The notes under the pieces: generated by a model
The model's input: the letters and a program-made list of their open reading frames with translations, nothing else
The model's database searches: none
What the model was told of the DNA's origin: nothing
Made by a program: the position numbers and the translations under genes
Assembly (NCBI GenBank): GCA_029953675.1
Contig: JAMWBK010000010.1
Coordinates: 1,240,001-1,304,000, forward strand
Source of the DNA: Rhodosorus marinus CCMP1338
Lineage: Eukaryota > Plantae > Rhodophyta
Length of the DNA: 64,000 bases
Direction: 5' to 3'
Shown: piece after piece, positions 1 to 12,039 of the stretch
Layout of the letters: every line of letters begins with the position of its first letter
Position numbering within the stretch: the stretch's first letter is position 1

Positions 1-3000
1 ACGGTGCGTCAGAAACCACCAGAGGGATGTAGTACGCTAATGCTGAGTAAGCACCCGCGCCAAATTCTCGATAGAACGCGAGCCTGTCCTGGAGAATGTT
101 GCCAACAGCGCTGTTTATGCTGATCAGGGCAACATTGCCGGACAGGAAGGCCGCAGAAACAAGGGCGGTCTGTCCAGCTTGAGTGTTCGGTATCTGAAAG
201 AATGAAAGGCCGAGAATCAAAGCTTGGGTGACCGCAGTGATGAAGCGCATGAAGTGAAGCTCCGGGTTCCTCCAGTTCACAGTGCAGAACCGCTTCAGGT
301 TCGCAACGAACTGCACTCGAAAGTTTGCTGCGAAAGTATTGTCAAACTTGATATGGGGCGCCTTGTCTGGCACTATCGTAGGCTTGTCACATTTCGTATG
401 CTCTAGGCTCCCCATGAGTTCGTTGTTTTCAGGGCTTAGTAGCCAAATCTCGTGCCAGTCCTTCTGCCCCTTTAACCAGATCAGCGAGTCCAATAAAACT
501 AGATGAGCATTCCGCGTCTTCAGCAACACCTGGAGGGGGCTCTCTCCTTACCTGCTCTGTCGTCGCAGTACCAATTTGGTGGAGCATATAGTCCGCTGGG
601 TTCAACTTGGGATCCATGGGATCTCCTCCGTTCTTCTCAAAGTACGTAATCATTTGTGATCCCTCTTCTCCCAGATCTCCAAAGTAGGCCACTCTGCCGC
701 CGCTCTGCAGGAGCAGTACACTGTCAAAGAAGGAGAACACCTCTTTGGACGGCTGATGAATGGTGCACAAAACCGCGGCGCCGGTATCGGAGACCCTCCT
801 CAAAACTTTTGCCATCTGCTTCAAAACACGGTCAATCGTCGAGGGCTGTTAGGACCAGCTTCCAATTTCGTAAACGGGACGACCAAGAACTGCGCTCACC
901 TTCAACGCCGCCCTGGAATCCAATCCCGAAGTTGGCTCGTCCAGGAACAGAATAGACGGTCGAACTACGAGCTCCACAGCGATCGTGAGACGCTTTCGCT
1001 GCTCAGAAGAAAGACCAATTGCACCCTCGGGAGTACCGACAAGCTCATTTTGAATCTCACGCAGTTCCAGTATGTCTATGGTATTCTCTATCTGGTCTTC
1101 TCTCTCCTTGTCCGAGGTCCCCTCCGGCAGCCTCAACCGCGCAGAGAACTCGATCGCCTCCCGAACTGTCGTCTTAGAAACGTGAATATCGACCTGCTCC
1201 ACATACCTATGCACAAAGGAATGCACCAGCAAAAAAAATTGGAATATGGTAGTTATGAGGACGTGCGTCAGCGATAAGCATTGCTTCAAGTCGAAACAAC
1301 GAACGAAACGAGCTTCTGCCGACTCACTTACCCTGAAACTCTTCCGATAGGGTAATCCAGAGGATATCCGTTTACAAGGACTTCGCCAGTCATCGTACCC
1401 TTGGGCTTGCGCTGTGCAAGGACGTCCATGAGCGTCGTTTTGCCGGCTCCCGAAGATCCCATGAGCGCACACAGCCTTCCTGGTAGTGCGTACCCACACA
1501 CATCGTGCAGAAGTTCTTTCTTCTCATTCCCGCCAATCGGGACTGTGTATGACACGTCCTTCCATGTGAAGTAGGCCTCCCTAATGCCGACCTTCATTTC
1601 GTCCTCTGGCAAACTGAGGTCGATCACTTCGACACCCAAGTTTGCGGGTTTCGCTTTTTGCGATACGAGGGTCGTTCCGCAGTACCGCCTGCGTCTAGCG
1701 AAAAACATTACTGCGAGAAACATCACCAACGACAGGCCCCACAAAGCCAACAGTGAGTACATGCCCCAGGAGCTAGGTCAATACAAGTGTTTGGCGATCG
1801 AACGAGAGTCACGAAGCAAGCCGTCAGGAGCTATTCATCCGTTTCCCGTCACTTTTTATGCAACGCTTACACTCCAATTGGGTAGCCAAATTGAACCCAA
1901 AGGTACGCCTCTCCCGTCGAAATAGTGCATATCTTGTCGGGGTCAGGGACGTACTGGTTAAAAGGGAGCAGCTCTTGGGGAGCACATTCGAAGACAAGGC
2001 CGGCGAACTCGTTATAGACCAATCCACGGAATGCGTACTGAGCCGGTGAAATCCAGCCAATCCAGGCGAGCCAACGTGGGAGATCCTTGAGCGCAATGAA
2101 GTAGCCGCTGTAAAGCTGGAATATAGCGCCGAGAAAACCGACTAAGATGACAGCTGTAGTTGAGTTTGGGCAAGCAACAGTGAATAGTCGCCCAAGCATG
2201 TCCATGTTGAACCGGTACGTAACAACCATGAAATAGAAATAGGCGAAGTGGGAGCCCCTAGAAAAGAGCGAACAAGAGTTGCTTTCTCAGCTCAGGTCCA
2301 CTAATGCACATCCAGAGTCTGAGTACCTCACCTATCGTTCATGTTCAAGCCAACAAGCAGACAGAGAACAACCGAAAATAGCAGCGAGACAAGCAAGTTG
2401 AGAACCAGAGCGTCCACGATGCCCGCGATCTGGAAAGGAGCAGCGTGGTAAAAGTGGGCTGCCCTTTGTTTCAAGAAGATCTCGTTTTCTGCAAAAGCTT
2501 TCTTGATTCCCTGCATGGCAGCTACGGAGGACAACCGATGTCGAAGAGGATTAGCTTGCGCCTTACGCGGTTATGAGATTGGAGATGAGATAAGACTTAC
2601 ACCCAAGAAAGATACTAAGGACCAGAAATATTACCCCGGTCCTTTCATACGCTCCACGCATCGTAAGCGGAAGCATGTAAAACAGGGTCCCGGCGAGCAG
2701 TGCTATTATCAACTTGCTCACAAGTTCGACAACAACCGCGCTCTTGTCCCAGGATAGCCTCATGGCACGTTTCAGTAGGATTCCCAACTGACTAGTTCTT
2801 GTCCGCAAGCACTCCCGCCCAAAGAACTTCTTCGAAATTTCATCCGCGTCAGAGTGCCTTCCCGCAGTACCGCGGAAGCCCTCTTCGATCTTCTTGCGGA
2901 TGTCGGCGTACAGTTCACTGTTTTTAAAAGCCTCCTCAAATTCGTCGACGGTAGTCAGCTCCTTGCCTTCGAAGTCCTTCATCTTAACTGACTCAGAAGA

Positions 3001-4317
3001 ACTTGGGTCGGACACGGCCAGCAAAAAGTCAGCTATCGATTTCGCGGGAGGTCTCTTAAACCCCATTTCTCCAAAGTACCCCTCAACCTTCTCTCGGGGA
3101 CCGTAGTAGATGCATTTTCCGCTGTCAAGAACACAAATCTGTTTCCCATAGCACAATTTCCATCAGCAAATGCATGGCTCACAAAGGAGAGAGGAGCACG
3201 CCAGGCCGTGGTGTTCGGAACCAGAGCAGCTAACCTTGTCGAACTGTTCGAATACATCATTTCCAGGCTGCTGTAAGGCCATGAAAACTGTCAGATGTAA
3301 CGCGTCGGCCACCTGCCGGACGCCCTTTACGATGTCGAGGGTTGTGGTCGCATCCAGCCCTTTTGAAATACTATCGAAGAACACGAGTGAGCCCATGCTT
3401 CCGCACAGCATCTCTGCGATGGAAACACGCCTTCGCTCTCCTCCAGAAACTCCTCGCAATGATGCGTCGCCAACAGCAATATCGAGGGTATGGTTGATTC
3501 CTAATAAACGGGTGATCAGCTCAACACGGTTTCTCCGAATCACTTTCGCGAAGGGTAGAAAGTCAGGAATACCGCACTTCGCTGCGAACTCTAACGTCTC
3601 CCGTACTGTCAGTACCGGGTAGTGTGCGTCGTCCTGGCGAACTCTTAGCATGGAGTGGGCGTAGAGCTGTCGGTTGCTTTCTTCCCAGATATCATCACCA
3701 TTAATAAGCACCTCGCCGCGTACGGATTCGTACTGGTCCGTAACTCCGGAGAGGAGGTTCAACATTGTCGTTGTTCCCGCGCCAGGTGGGGCCTGAATGA
3801 GGACCATCTCATTCGGTTCGAGGTAACCCGACAGACCGGAGAGAATGATTTTCGACATTTTTTCATCTCTCGTACAGGTCACAATCTTCCCCGTCTTCAA
3901 GAACGGTGCTATCAGCCTCCCGCCAACTGTACTTTGCCCGAGTTTCTCAGCAAAAGGGACTGCAGCCCCAATCTGAACAAAAGGAAAGGTTCCGGGAGGC
4001 TCGTCTCAGATAAGATCCTGAAAATAGCAGCGGATAGACCACAACAAAAAAAACATGTGAAACATATGGCTTACGTCATTCCAAGTTACACTGTGTCCAC
4101 CCATTTCACGCCCAATGAACATGGTGAGGATATCGTAGAACAACTGGTGAGTTTTCTCAGAGTCAAACTGTGGGTTGCGCGGATCATACATCGGTTCCTC
4201 ATACCACGCCCCGAAATGATGTTCTACTTGCTCCCTTCGTTCACGAAGCACCTCGAAGCTCTTGCCCGCAACAAAGCGGGCAATCCAGCCGCACCGACCA
4301 CCAGTAAAGCAGTCCAT
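1..4317 (-). CDS. Full-size ABCG/PDR-type ABC transporter (NBD1-TMD1-NBD2-TMD2), multi-exon, 3' end runs off the left edge; apparently intact copy 1
   Basis: NBD1: APPGAGTTT, VSGGERRRVSIAE, FFDSISKGLD. NBD2: GSSGAGKTT, LSSEQRKRLTIAVEL, FLDEPTSGLDSRAA, CTIHQPS. Hydrophobic TMD exons present. ORF breaks coincide with GT..AG introns (e.g. after ...VTWND at ~4075, after ...GRVSG at ~1331). Confidence 0.9.
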
Positions 4318-4556
4318 AACAATAACCTCGCGATGTACCCCCTCAGCCCGGGTCCTCCTTCAATCCCTCTGTTGTCTCTCCCTTCCAAGAAAAAGAAAGA
4401 TGCTCCTCTCTCCCATGTCTTAAATCCTCTAGACAAAGCTCCCCAGGCCCTCCCACCCTTCCAACCTCTGGGTCAGCATCCCCTTCTCCCGCGCAGTGCT
4501 CACATGTATACCGTCCGCATCTACCAACATTTTCCGCCAGCATGAACCCGAGCAAT

Positions 4557-4665
4557 GTATGAACGCTGCTTTGATATTGGAGGCGCAATATCTTCGTCGC
4601 TTATGGTCTTTTTTACCCTTCGGGTTTTTTTCTTTCAGTCTTCGATAAAACGAATTCGTTCAACC
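4557..4665 (+). mobile_element. 3'-terminal fragment of CRE-like non-LTR element, subfamily B
   Basis: Matches the ...MNAALMLEAR.. coding end and 3' UTR of the longer B copies at 12229-12684 and 13822-14125. Duplicated at 22005-22112. Confidence 0.7.
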
Positions 4666-4671
4666 TAAGCC

Positions 4672-4687
4672 GAACGAACGAATGGTT
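4672..4687 (-). mobile_element. 16-bp tail-only insertion (AACCATTCGTTCGTTC) with 4-bp TSD AGCC
   Basis: Absent from the paralogous site near 22115 (ctaAGCCggcgc). The sequence equals the extreme 3' tail of subfamily B. Confidence 0.6.
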
Positions 4688-5895
4688 AGCCGGCGCTAAC
4701 GCTCCATAGTCTACGACCCATTTTTTTTTCTTTTCGGAGAACCCACCCCGCGCCCTCCCTCCAACAAAAAGACGCTGTCAGCGATAGACATGCGGACAAT
4801 CTCGATGGCAGCTAACATGTTCCGCATCACCTACTCCGAAATTCAACAAAAAAGGGATTGGACATTTTGTAAGAGCCCTTAACTGTCAGGCTGCTGAGTA
4901 TCTGGGCGCCCATAACGTTTTTGAGTATCGTTCTCTGGCGATATCCCGGCGGCATGCAACCACGTACATTGAACAATGATTTTTATATAATAATTAGATT
5001 AATCTGAGGTCCAATGGCTGATGCAGTTGTTGCTTGGAGACCATAAAATAAACGACGGAGCTTGTTGGGGTTTGAAAATATTGACTGAGTGCCCTGTCCC
5101 GAGCCGGCTAAACTAAGCGAGAGGGAAGTTAGGGGAGGTGGCGCAAACGCGAATTCCCCCATCGTCAGAAATTAAGCAGTCGACAGTCAGACAGAGGTGA
5201 TGTCATAGGAGTCAAGCGAGATTGACACACATAGCCGAAGACCCGACAACACTATTGACGGGTCTTCGACTTTTCGGATTGCACTTCTTGTTTTTCGCAA
5301 TGCTCCGAGCTGTCTCTGACTCTCCGGTGTTCGAACGCTGCTTTGTAGTTGGACGCGCGTCAACAGCGTCTCCAATTCCACGCATCAGGCAAGATAGGCG
5401 CCGAATGAACTGATCATCGACTACGGTAACTCTCATCCAAGTCGACGGGGAGCGGTCAGTCCACCCGAGGGTAGTATTAAAACAGTGCAATGGGAGAGTC
5501 TGCCACCCTCATGCATGCAGATGAGGAGCGGTAAGCCCAACCAGGTAAGCGTGTAAATTAGAGGGTGATATGAGAGTCTGTGGCAGGGCAACAGATGTCA
5601 GATCGAACATCCATGGCCAATCCATCGTCGGCATGAGCGTCAACGGCAAACTAATTACTACTAGAACTCGGACGCAATGATCCTACTGCGAGGGGGTTTA
5701 GGGCCTTTAGGGAATTACATTGTACGTAAAACAATATTTTGATGGAATCCATCCGGAAGCGTTGTGTCCATGGCGTGGACAAATACTATACAACCTAAAG
5801 TTTTGGAAGTAATCATATGCACTTTCAACTCTCATATGCTGACTTTTGCAACTCCCTTTCCGCAGCCTCCATCGGTTTGATTCGCCCATCAGCAT

Positions 5896-6003
5896 GGTGG
5901 TGGTTTTACTAACATAGCCTGATGCGCTACGCAAGACGTAAACGGAAACTAGGGACTAGGAAGAAGAGCATGAAAGCCCGGGCGACGGTGCCGCGCCACG
6001 GTG
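5896..6003 (-). mobile_element. 3'-terminal fragment of CRE-like element, subfamily A
   Basis: Encodes ARHRRPGFHALLPS (cf. EARHRRLGLHASLPS at ~19790) and is followed by the conserved 3' hairpin GCGTAGC-N7-GCTATGT. Confidence 0.75.
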
Positions 6004-6475
6004 AGCAAGTTGCTACATTGGAGGGTGCGGTCACCACGTTTGGACCTACGAAGACTTTTTCTTGGAGTCATCAAGGGTTAGCCTAAGATTCCAACACGGC
6101 AGGCCTTGTTTTTTCCGGGACGTGTTTTCTCAGTCCTCAAGTGTCGCCGACTGTTTTTGTTTTGTTTGAGTAGTCGTCAGGCCCTGTTTTTTTTACGGGA
6201 CGTGTTTTCTCAGCCCTCAAGACCTTTATTCACTGGCGAATAAAAATAGTGACGGGAAATTTCCACCAAGTTTTTTCACGATTGTGTCGTATAATTTTAT
6301 CAGAGACCCGGCGACTGTTTTTTTTGTTTTCCTTCAATGAATTCGTTAATCAGAGACCGAAAGAAGCAAGCCCGAGCGGAAAAAGGCAAAGCCGGAACCC
6401 CATGATGGTCCACCGCTGAGTCCAGGAAAAATGGTCTAGAAACATAAATATGCCGTTTTATCTATTGCATATGTT

Positions 6476-6871
6476 TGTTATGCTATAGCTCTTTCCCCGT
6501 TAATAGAGGCCCCGCTATTCCATTTACTTCCAGCTACCCTTCTACGACAAGGTGCAACTTTCTCTTAAGTACCGAAGCTAGTCATCGATACCCTAAGTCT
6601 AAATCCAAATCTAGGTTATCCTTCCGGTGTGCAGTTAAGAACACAACCGAAAATAGCTCCCACGATACCGTATACAATTTTGCACTACAATACGCGATAT
6701 AGAACATCCAACATCCCAAATAGTCCTACTTCAAGTCTGAACGTTCTAGATACGCCTAGATTCTACAAATCCATTCTGAAACCTTCCCACTTGAGGACCG
6801 TTCGACCCCCGGGTTTGTCCACAGCCATCAATTCACATGTCTCCCCTTCCCACTAAGGAAGATCTGCAACA
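6476..6871. mobile_element. Solo LTR (396 bp), TGTT...AACA termini, 4-bp TSD TGTT
   Basis: The empty site gcataTGTTtctat is seen at ~22715 and in the opposite arm (~7770). Here the site reads TGTT[TGTTA...GCAACA]TGTT (TSDs 6472-6475 and 6872-6875). Confidence 0.75.
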
Positions 6872-7250
6872 TGTTTCTATGATCTTCTGTGTAACTCCCT
6901 CTTCTCCCTATTATAGAAAATTTACAAGTAAATCCATCCACCAATCCAAATTTACTAGTATTTCAGTAAAAGACTGCGCCATATCATTTTAAAAATAGAA
7001 CCTGTCAATCTTTTTGGTAATTAATATAAAAAGCTATGAATTCATATATTTTCAGCACCGTACTTTTCTCAATTAGATGAAATAAATATATGAAACGTTT
7101 TCATACTTCCCGTACAACCTTGATCTTGTCCTCGAGAGGCCTTGGGTAGGACCCTTTTCGAGAAATATACACTCTTATATGTATATTTTTGCACTTATTA
7201 CACTTCGTCACCAAGGATTCCAGCACGGATATAATATATCTGAGCGAAAA

Positions 7251-7375
7251 AGGGTGCTCTGTCAAAGCGCTCAGGTAGCCCTGGGCACTCCTCTCAAAGC
7301 GCTCATGTCACCCAGGGTGCTCTGTCAAAGCGCTCATGTCGCTCAGGGTGATCTGTCAAAGCGCTCGTGTCAGCC
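7251..7375. repeat. Tandem array of four ~31-bp units (agggtgctctgtcaaagcgctcatgtc...) at the foldback centre
   Basis: The units are visible directly. The same array occurs at 23100-23305 (with a ~110-bp duplication) and as a single unit at ~12740. Confidence 0.85.
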
Positions 7376-7856
7376 TTTCTCGTGAATTGCGTCTACTTCT
7401 GCCTGAGCACTCTGGTTCGCTCAGATATTACATGCGGGTTAGAATCCTTGCGTACAAAGCAAAAAGGGGGTGTAAAATTCTCGAAAAGGGTCCTATCCAA
7501 GGCCTATCGAGGACAAGATCAAGATTGTATGGGAAACATGAAAACGTTTCATAAATTTATTTCATCTAATTGAGAAAAGCACGCAGCTGAAAATATATGA
7601 ATTCATAGCTTTTTATATTAATTACCAAAAAGATTGACAGGTTCTATTTTTAAAATGCTAAAGCGGCTGTCTTTTACTGAAATACTAGTAAACTTGGATT
7701 GGTGGATGGATTTACAAGTAAATTTTCTGTAATAGGGAGAAGAGAGAGTAGCTCAAAAGATCATAGAAACATATGCCATACGATAAAATGGCATATTTAC
7801 GTTTCTAGACCGTTTTTCCTGGACTCGGTAAAGTGGACATGGAGTTCCGGCTTTGC

Positions 7857-8501
7857 GAAGCTGGAAGGCATTCAGACGGTGACCCAGTGATGACGGCAGG
7901 GTCGTTAACCACAAATGCGATAGATGGCCTCCCATACCGCGGAGGCGAGCGGCGGTGGTATGCGGTGTGAGGGGAGAGTTGAGCAAGATTGCTTGAGCGG
8001 CGCTGTGTTGACCCCAGGTGAGGCTATGTTGAATCACATCAGTGCGCGAGCTCCACAATCGGCTCAGACCCGGGTAATCGGCAACCGGTGACCCGGGGCT
8101 AGCCCCCCCCCTCGTCGGCGAGTACTCTGTCGATGGGAGAGTCCTCGAGCGCCTCAACTCGTCCCCCATAACAACTCCTTCCAGGAGCGAAATCTGGATC
8201 GGCTCTCGTCCGGCACGGCGTTTCGCTTACTGAACGTCTGTTGCAGAGCATCATAGATACTCAAAAGCGGTGGCGGATGGATCACGGGGTCTTCCCAAGT
8301 GCTCTAGCCAAAAGGCAAGCACTTCGCATCCGAAAACTCACCAAGGTGCGAAGCGCGGTAGCCCAGGAGGCGACCGCCGCAGCCGAGCATACGAGTCCAC
8401 GGTCGGCCACTCCTAATCCGCCTAATCGTAAAGGTAGGGCAATCTGGCCACGAATTAGGTCCCTGTCAGGAGCCGCTTCCGCATCCGGGGGTTCATCCAA
8501 T
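7857..8501 (-). mobile_element. Internal fragment of CRE subfamily A (post-RT region)
   Basis: ORF fragments (APDRDLIRGQIALPLRLGGLGV; DYPGLSRLWSSRTDVIQHSLTWGQHSAA; RLRGMGGHLSHLWLTTLPSS) match 18515-19155. Confidence 0.9.
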
Positions 8502-8581
8502 GGTGGTTTACTAGCATAGCCTGATGCGCTACGCAAGACGTAAAAGGAAACTAGGAACTAGGGAGAAGGGCATGTAAGCCC
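8502..8581 (-). mobile_element. 3' UTR/tail of CRE subfamily A, abutting the 5' break of the next A fragment
   Basis: Hairpin at 8514-8534 and tail ...CTAGTAAACCACC joined directly to ATTGGATGAACCC (LDEP). Confidence 0.75.
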
Positions 8582-8589
8582 ATTCGTTA

Positions 8590-8805
8590 GTATGTTCAAT
8601 GAATTTGTTTAATGGGGGACTGATGGAAAAAACCCCGAGGGGCAAAAAGACTACGCGCGGGGAGATCGCGCGCCTCCAGCATCAAAGCAGCGTGAACGCT
8701 GGTTCACACGCCACAGCAAGAAACTAAAACTGGTAAACAACGAGGAGAGACGGTCAGGGCGTTGGCGGAACAACACTCCGGAAGCCAACGAGAACCGATG
8801 AACCC
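8590..8805 (-). mobile_element. 3' fragment of CRE subfamily B
   Basis: Encodes LFRQRPDRLSSLFTSFSFLLWR...; homologous to 13822-14125 and 20014-20235. Confidence 0.75.
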
Positions 8806-9239
8806 GATATGTCAGCTCCGAAATTACTTCGCTATTCAAGAAAGATGTTGATTCTTAGATTAAGATGTTTAAAAATCCGTGCAAAAGTAATCTCAAAATG
8901 AAGAATGATAACAGGATTCCGATGGCAGAATGGATAGCGGAAGCGGACAACAGAAGAGTGCACAACAGTGTTGTGTTGCGAATATACTTAATATTCACAA
9001 AAGCAACTCCGTTCAGCTCGGCGCAAGCCGATCGCAAATCCTCTCGAACACAAGTAATGCCTGCTCCTGCCCCATATTTTTCTTGTGGCACTGCCGTTGT
9101 ATGACTTGGCATACGGCCTCGACTGCCAAATCAGACTTCGATCTCGAAGAAAAATTGCCACGGGCAAGTAGTTTTACATTAGATAACTGAGCAGCTAAGC
9201 TCGTGAAGCTGGCCATATCAATCAATGCACAAACTTTTC

Positions 9240-11840
9240 CTAACGCTTCGTAAACCGGAGGTGCTTGAACCCGAGGTAACCAACTATTCATGAGAATAAC
9301 GTTAGTCCAGCCAGAGCTCCTGCGGAAACCCATTTGCTATAACCTGGTACTCCGTATATTTTCAACAGGTCGTCTTCGCTTGTAATTGGGCAGACCTGAC
9401 ATCCACTGTATGTGGCGTTAACTGTCACCGTCTGGTATTCACCTGGGGACGAAAAATAGGTCACATTCAGCAAGCAGTTTCCAGAGAGCACTAGCTTGAC
9501 CTGGGCTAGCTTGACCTTGAAAGGGTTCAGCGACATCTTCGTACTGTTAGACGGAATCGATTCATAATCTGGGAACGGAGGGGTAGCATTATCGTTTACA
9601 GGAAAAGGGAAAGTACTGAGCTCGTTGGCTGTACAGACCAACTCCACTCCAGTGACGACGGCTTTCAAAACGCCAGCAGAATAGTAGCCAATCGGATTAA
9701 TCCAGTAGATCCAGATATAGTACGCAGGTATTGAGTCTGCCGGGGCCATGAAACCGGCGAAGAGTTCGAATACGCTTTCATAAAGGGGGCCAAGGTCAGC
9801 CAAATATATTCAGTAGGGCTAATTGCGCCGTGCATAGATCCAAGGGCTACGGCCCACAGAGCCAGGAAGAATTGAATGACGAAGAAGTTTCCAAATGCAG
9901 ATGCTAAGAGCCAAACGAGAACAATAAAAAAAATCCGTCAGATCATTGTCGACTGGCGGTGCTCGGGCGGTGTCGCAAAGCGTTTGTATTGAGAGCTTCT
10001 CACTTACCCTGAAACCCGACCATGAAGAAGAACAATGCTAATGACAAAGTTGGATACCAGCGCGAACCGTGCGTCAGAAACCAACAGAGGGACGTAGTAC
10101 GCTAATGCTGAGTAAGCACCCGCGCCAAATTCTCGATAGAAAGCGAGCCTGTCCTGGAGAACGTTGCCAACAGCGCTGCTTATTGACCAGGGCAAGATTA
10201 GCAGGCAGGAAAGCCGCTGAAACTAGGGCGGTCTATCAAAATCTTGAGTGTCCGGTATCTGAAAGAATGAAAGTCCGAGAATTAAAGCTTGGGTGACCGC
10301 AGCCATGGAGCGCATGAGGTGAGGCTCCGGGTTCCTCTAGTTCACAGTGCAGAACCGCTTGAGGTTCGCAACGAACTGAACTCGAAAGTTTCTTGCGGAA
10401 GTATTGTCGAACTTGATGTGGGCGCCTTGTCTGGCACTATTGCAGGCTTGTCGCATTTCGTATGCTCTAGGCTCCCCATGAGTTCCTTGTTCTCAGGGCT
10501 TAGTAGCCAAATCTCGTGCCCGTCCTTCTGCCCCCCCTGCAACCAGATCAGCGAGTCCATTAAAACTAGGTGAGCATTCCACATCCTCAGCAACACCTGG
10601 ATGGGGTTCCCTCCTTACCCGCTCTGTCGTCGCAGTACCAATTTGGTGGAGCATATAGTCCGCTGGGTTCAACTTGGGATTCATTGGATCTCCTCCGTTC
10701 TTCTCAAAGTACGTAATCGTTTGTGATCCCTCTTCTCCCAGATCTCCAAAGTAGGCCACTCTGCCGCCGCTCTGCAGGAGCAGTACACTGTCAAAGAAGG
10801 AGAACACCTCCTTGGACGGCTGATGAATGGTGCACAAAACCGCGACGCCGGTATCGGAGACCCTCCTCAAAACTTTTGCCATCTACGTCAAAACACGGTC
10901 AATCGTGCGTGCACTGTTAAGGCCAGCCTCCAATTTCGTAAACGGAATGACCAAGAACTGCGCTCACCTTCAACGGCGCCCTGGATTCCAATCCCGAAGT
11001 TGGCTCGTCCAGGAACAGAATAGACGGTCGAGCTACGAGCTCCACAGCGATCGTGAGACGCTTTCGCTGCTCAGAAGAAAGGCCAGTTGCACCCTCAGGA
11101 ATACCGACAAGCTCATTTTGAATCTCACGCAGTTCCAGTATGTCATTGGTATTCTCCATCTGGTCTTCTCTCTCCTTGTCCGAGGTCTCCTCCGGCAGCC
11201 TCAACCGCGCAGAGAACTCGATCGCCTCCCGAACTGTCGTCTTAGAAACGTGAATATCGACCTGCTCCACATACCTATGCACAAAGGAATGCACCAGCAA
11301 AACATTTTGGAGTATGGTAGTTACGAGGACGTGCGTCAGCGATAAGCATTGCTTCAAGTCGAAGCAACGAACGAAACGAGCTTCTGCCGACTCACTTACC
11401 CTGAAACTCTTCCGATCGGGTAGTCCAGAGGATATCCGTTTACAAGGACTTCGCCAGTCATCGTACCCTTGGGCTTGCGCTGTGCAAGGACGTCCATGAG
11501 CGTCGTTTTGTCGGCTCCCGAAGATCCCATGAGCGCACACAGCCTTCCTGGTAGTGCGTACCTACACATCGTGCAGAAGTTCTTTCTTCTCATTCCCGCC
11601 AATCGGGACTGTGTATGACACGTCCTTCCATGTGAAGTGGACCTCCCTAATGCCGACCTTCATTTCGTCCTCTGGCAAACTGAGGTCGATCACTTTGACA
11701 CCCAAGTTTGCGGGTTTCGCTTTTTGCGATACGAGGGTCGTTCCGCAGTACCGCTTTCGTCTAGCGAAAAATATTACTGCGAGAAACATCGCCAACGACA
11801 GGCCCCACAGAGACAACAGTGAATACATGCCCAAAGAGCT
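9240..11840 (-). pseudogene. ABCG/PDR copy 2: 3' half only (NBD2-TMD2), disrupted
   Basis: Roughly 90% identical to copy 1 by eye. Lesions: 2-bp deletion at ~11562, Walker [10 protein letters not shown], 1-bp deletion at ~10420, frameshift at ~9805, and TGG>TGA at ~9288 (copy 3 reads W-V-V-G-Y-L here). Confidence 0.9.
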
Positions 11841-12039
11841 GGTTAGATATGACTGTTCTTCTTTCCCCCGCGGTAAAAGAACGGTGAGCCACAGAACAAG
11901 GGACTAAGGCATCTACCCCCTTAAGAAAGTAACTTTTCTTTCACAAAGCGATTGGTATATATCAATTTATGGCAACAGTGACTGTTTGATAGTACTATTT
12001 GATAGCTAATAAAGCTATTTGATATATATCTGTGGGTAT

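Larger units (their letters stand above)
3683..4797. repeat. Segmental duplication (ABCG 5' end plus upstream region), near-identical to ~21073-22227
   Basis: Direct sequence match by eye. Downstream blocks also pair up: ~6014-7345 with ~22265-23305, and ~8600-9580 with ~20014-21070. Confidence 0.9.
6387..7856. mobile_element. Foldback/MITE-like element: ~430-450-bp inverted arms around a central tandem array
   Basis: 6387-6475 plus 6872-7245 is the reverse complement of ~7415-7856 at high identity. There is no coding capacity. The right arm is cut by a CRE fragment at 7857. Confidence 0.75.

Noticed and set aside
3655-4545. 296-aa plus-strand ORF (and its 204-aa twin at 21379-21993)
   Set aside because: Antisense shadow over ABCG exons, intron and promoter; no recognisable motifs, and conserved only because the segment is duplicated.
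5690-5715. Two TTTAGGG telomere-like units (also single ones near 14140, 14180, 28130)
   Set aside because: Too few and not tandem; compatible with chance.
5707-5880. Minus-strand peptide YDYFQNFRLYSICPRHGHNA resembling a DDE-transposase HG motif
   Set aside because: A single short motif with no other catalytic residues or termini; not supportable without a profile search.
7251-7375. ~31-bp repeats that superficially resemble a CRISPR array
   Set aside because: Units are contiguous with no unique spacers, there are no cas genes, and the context is eukaryotic.
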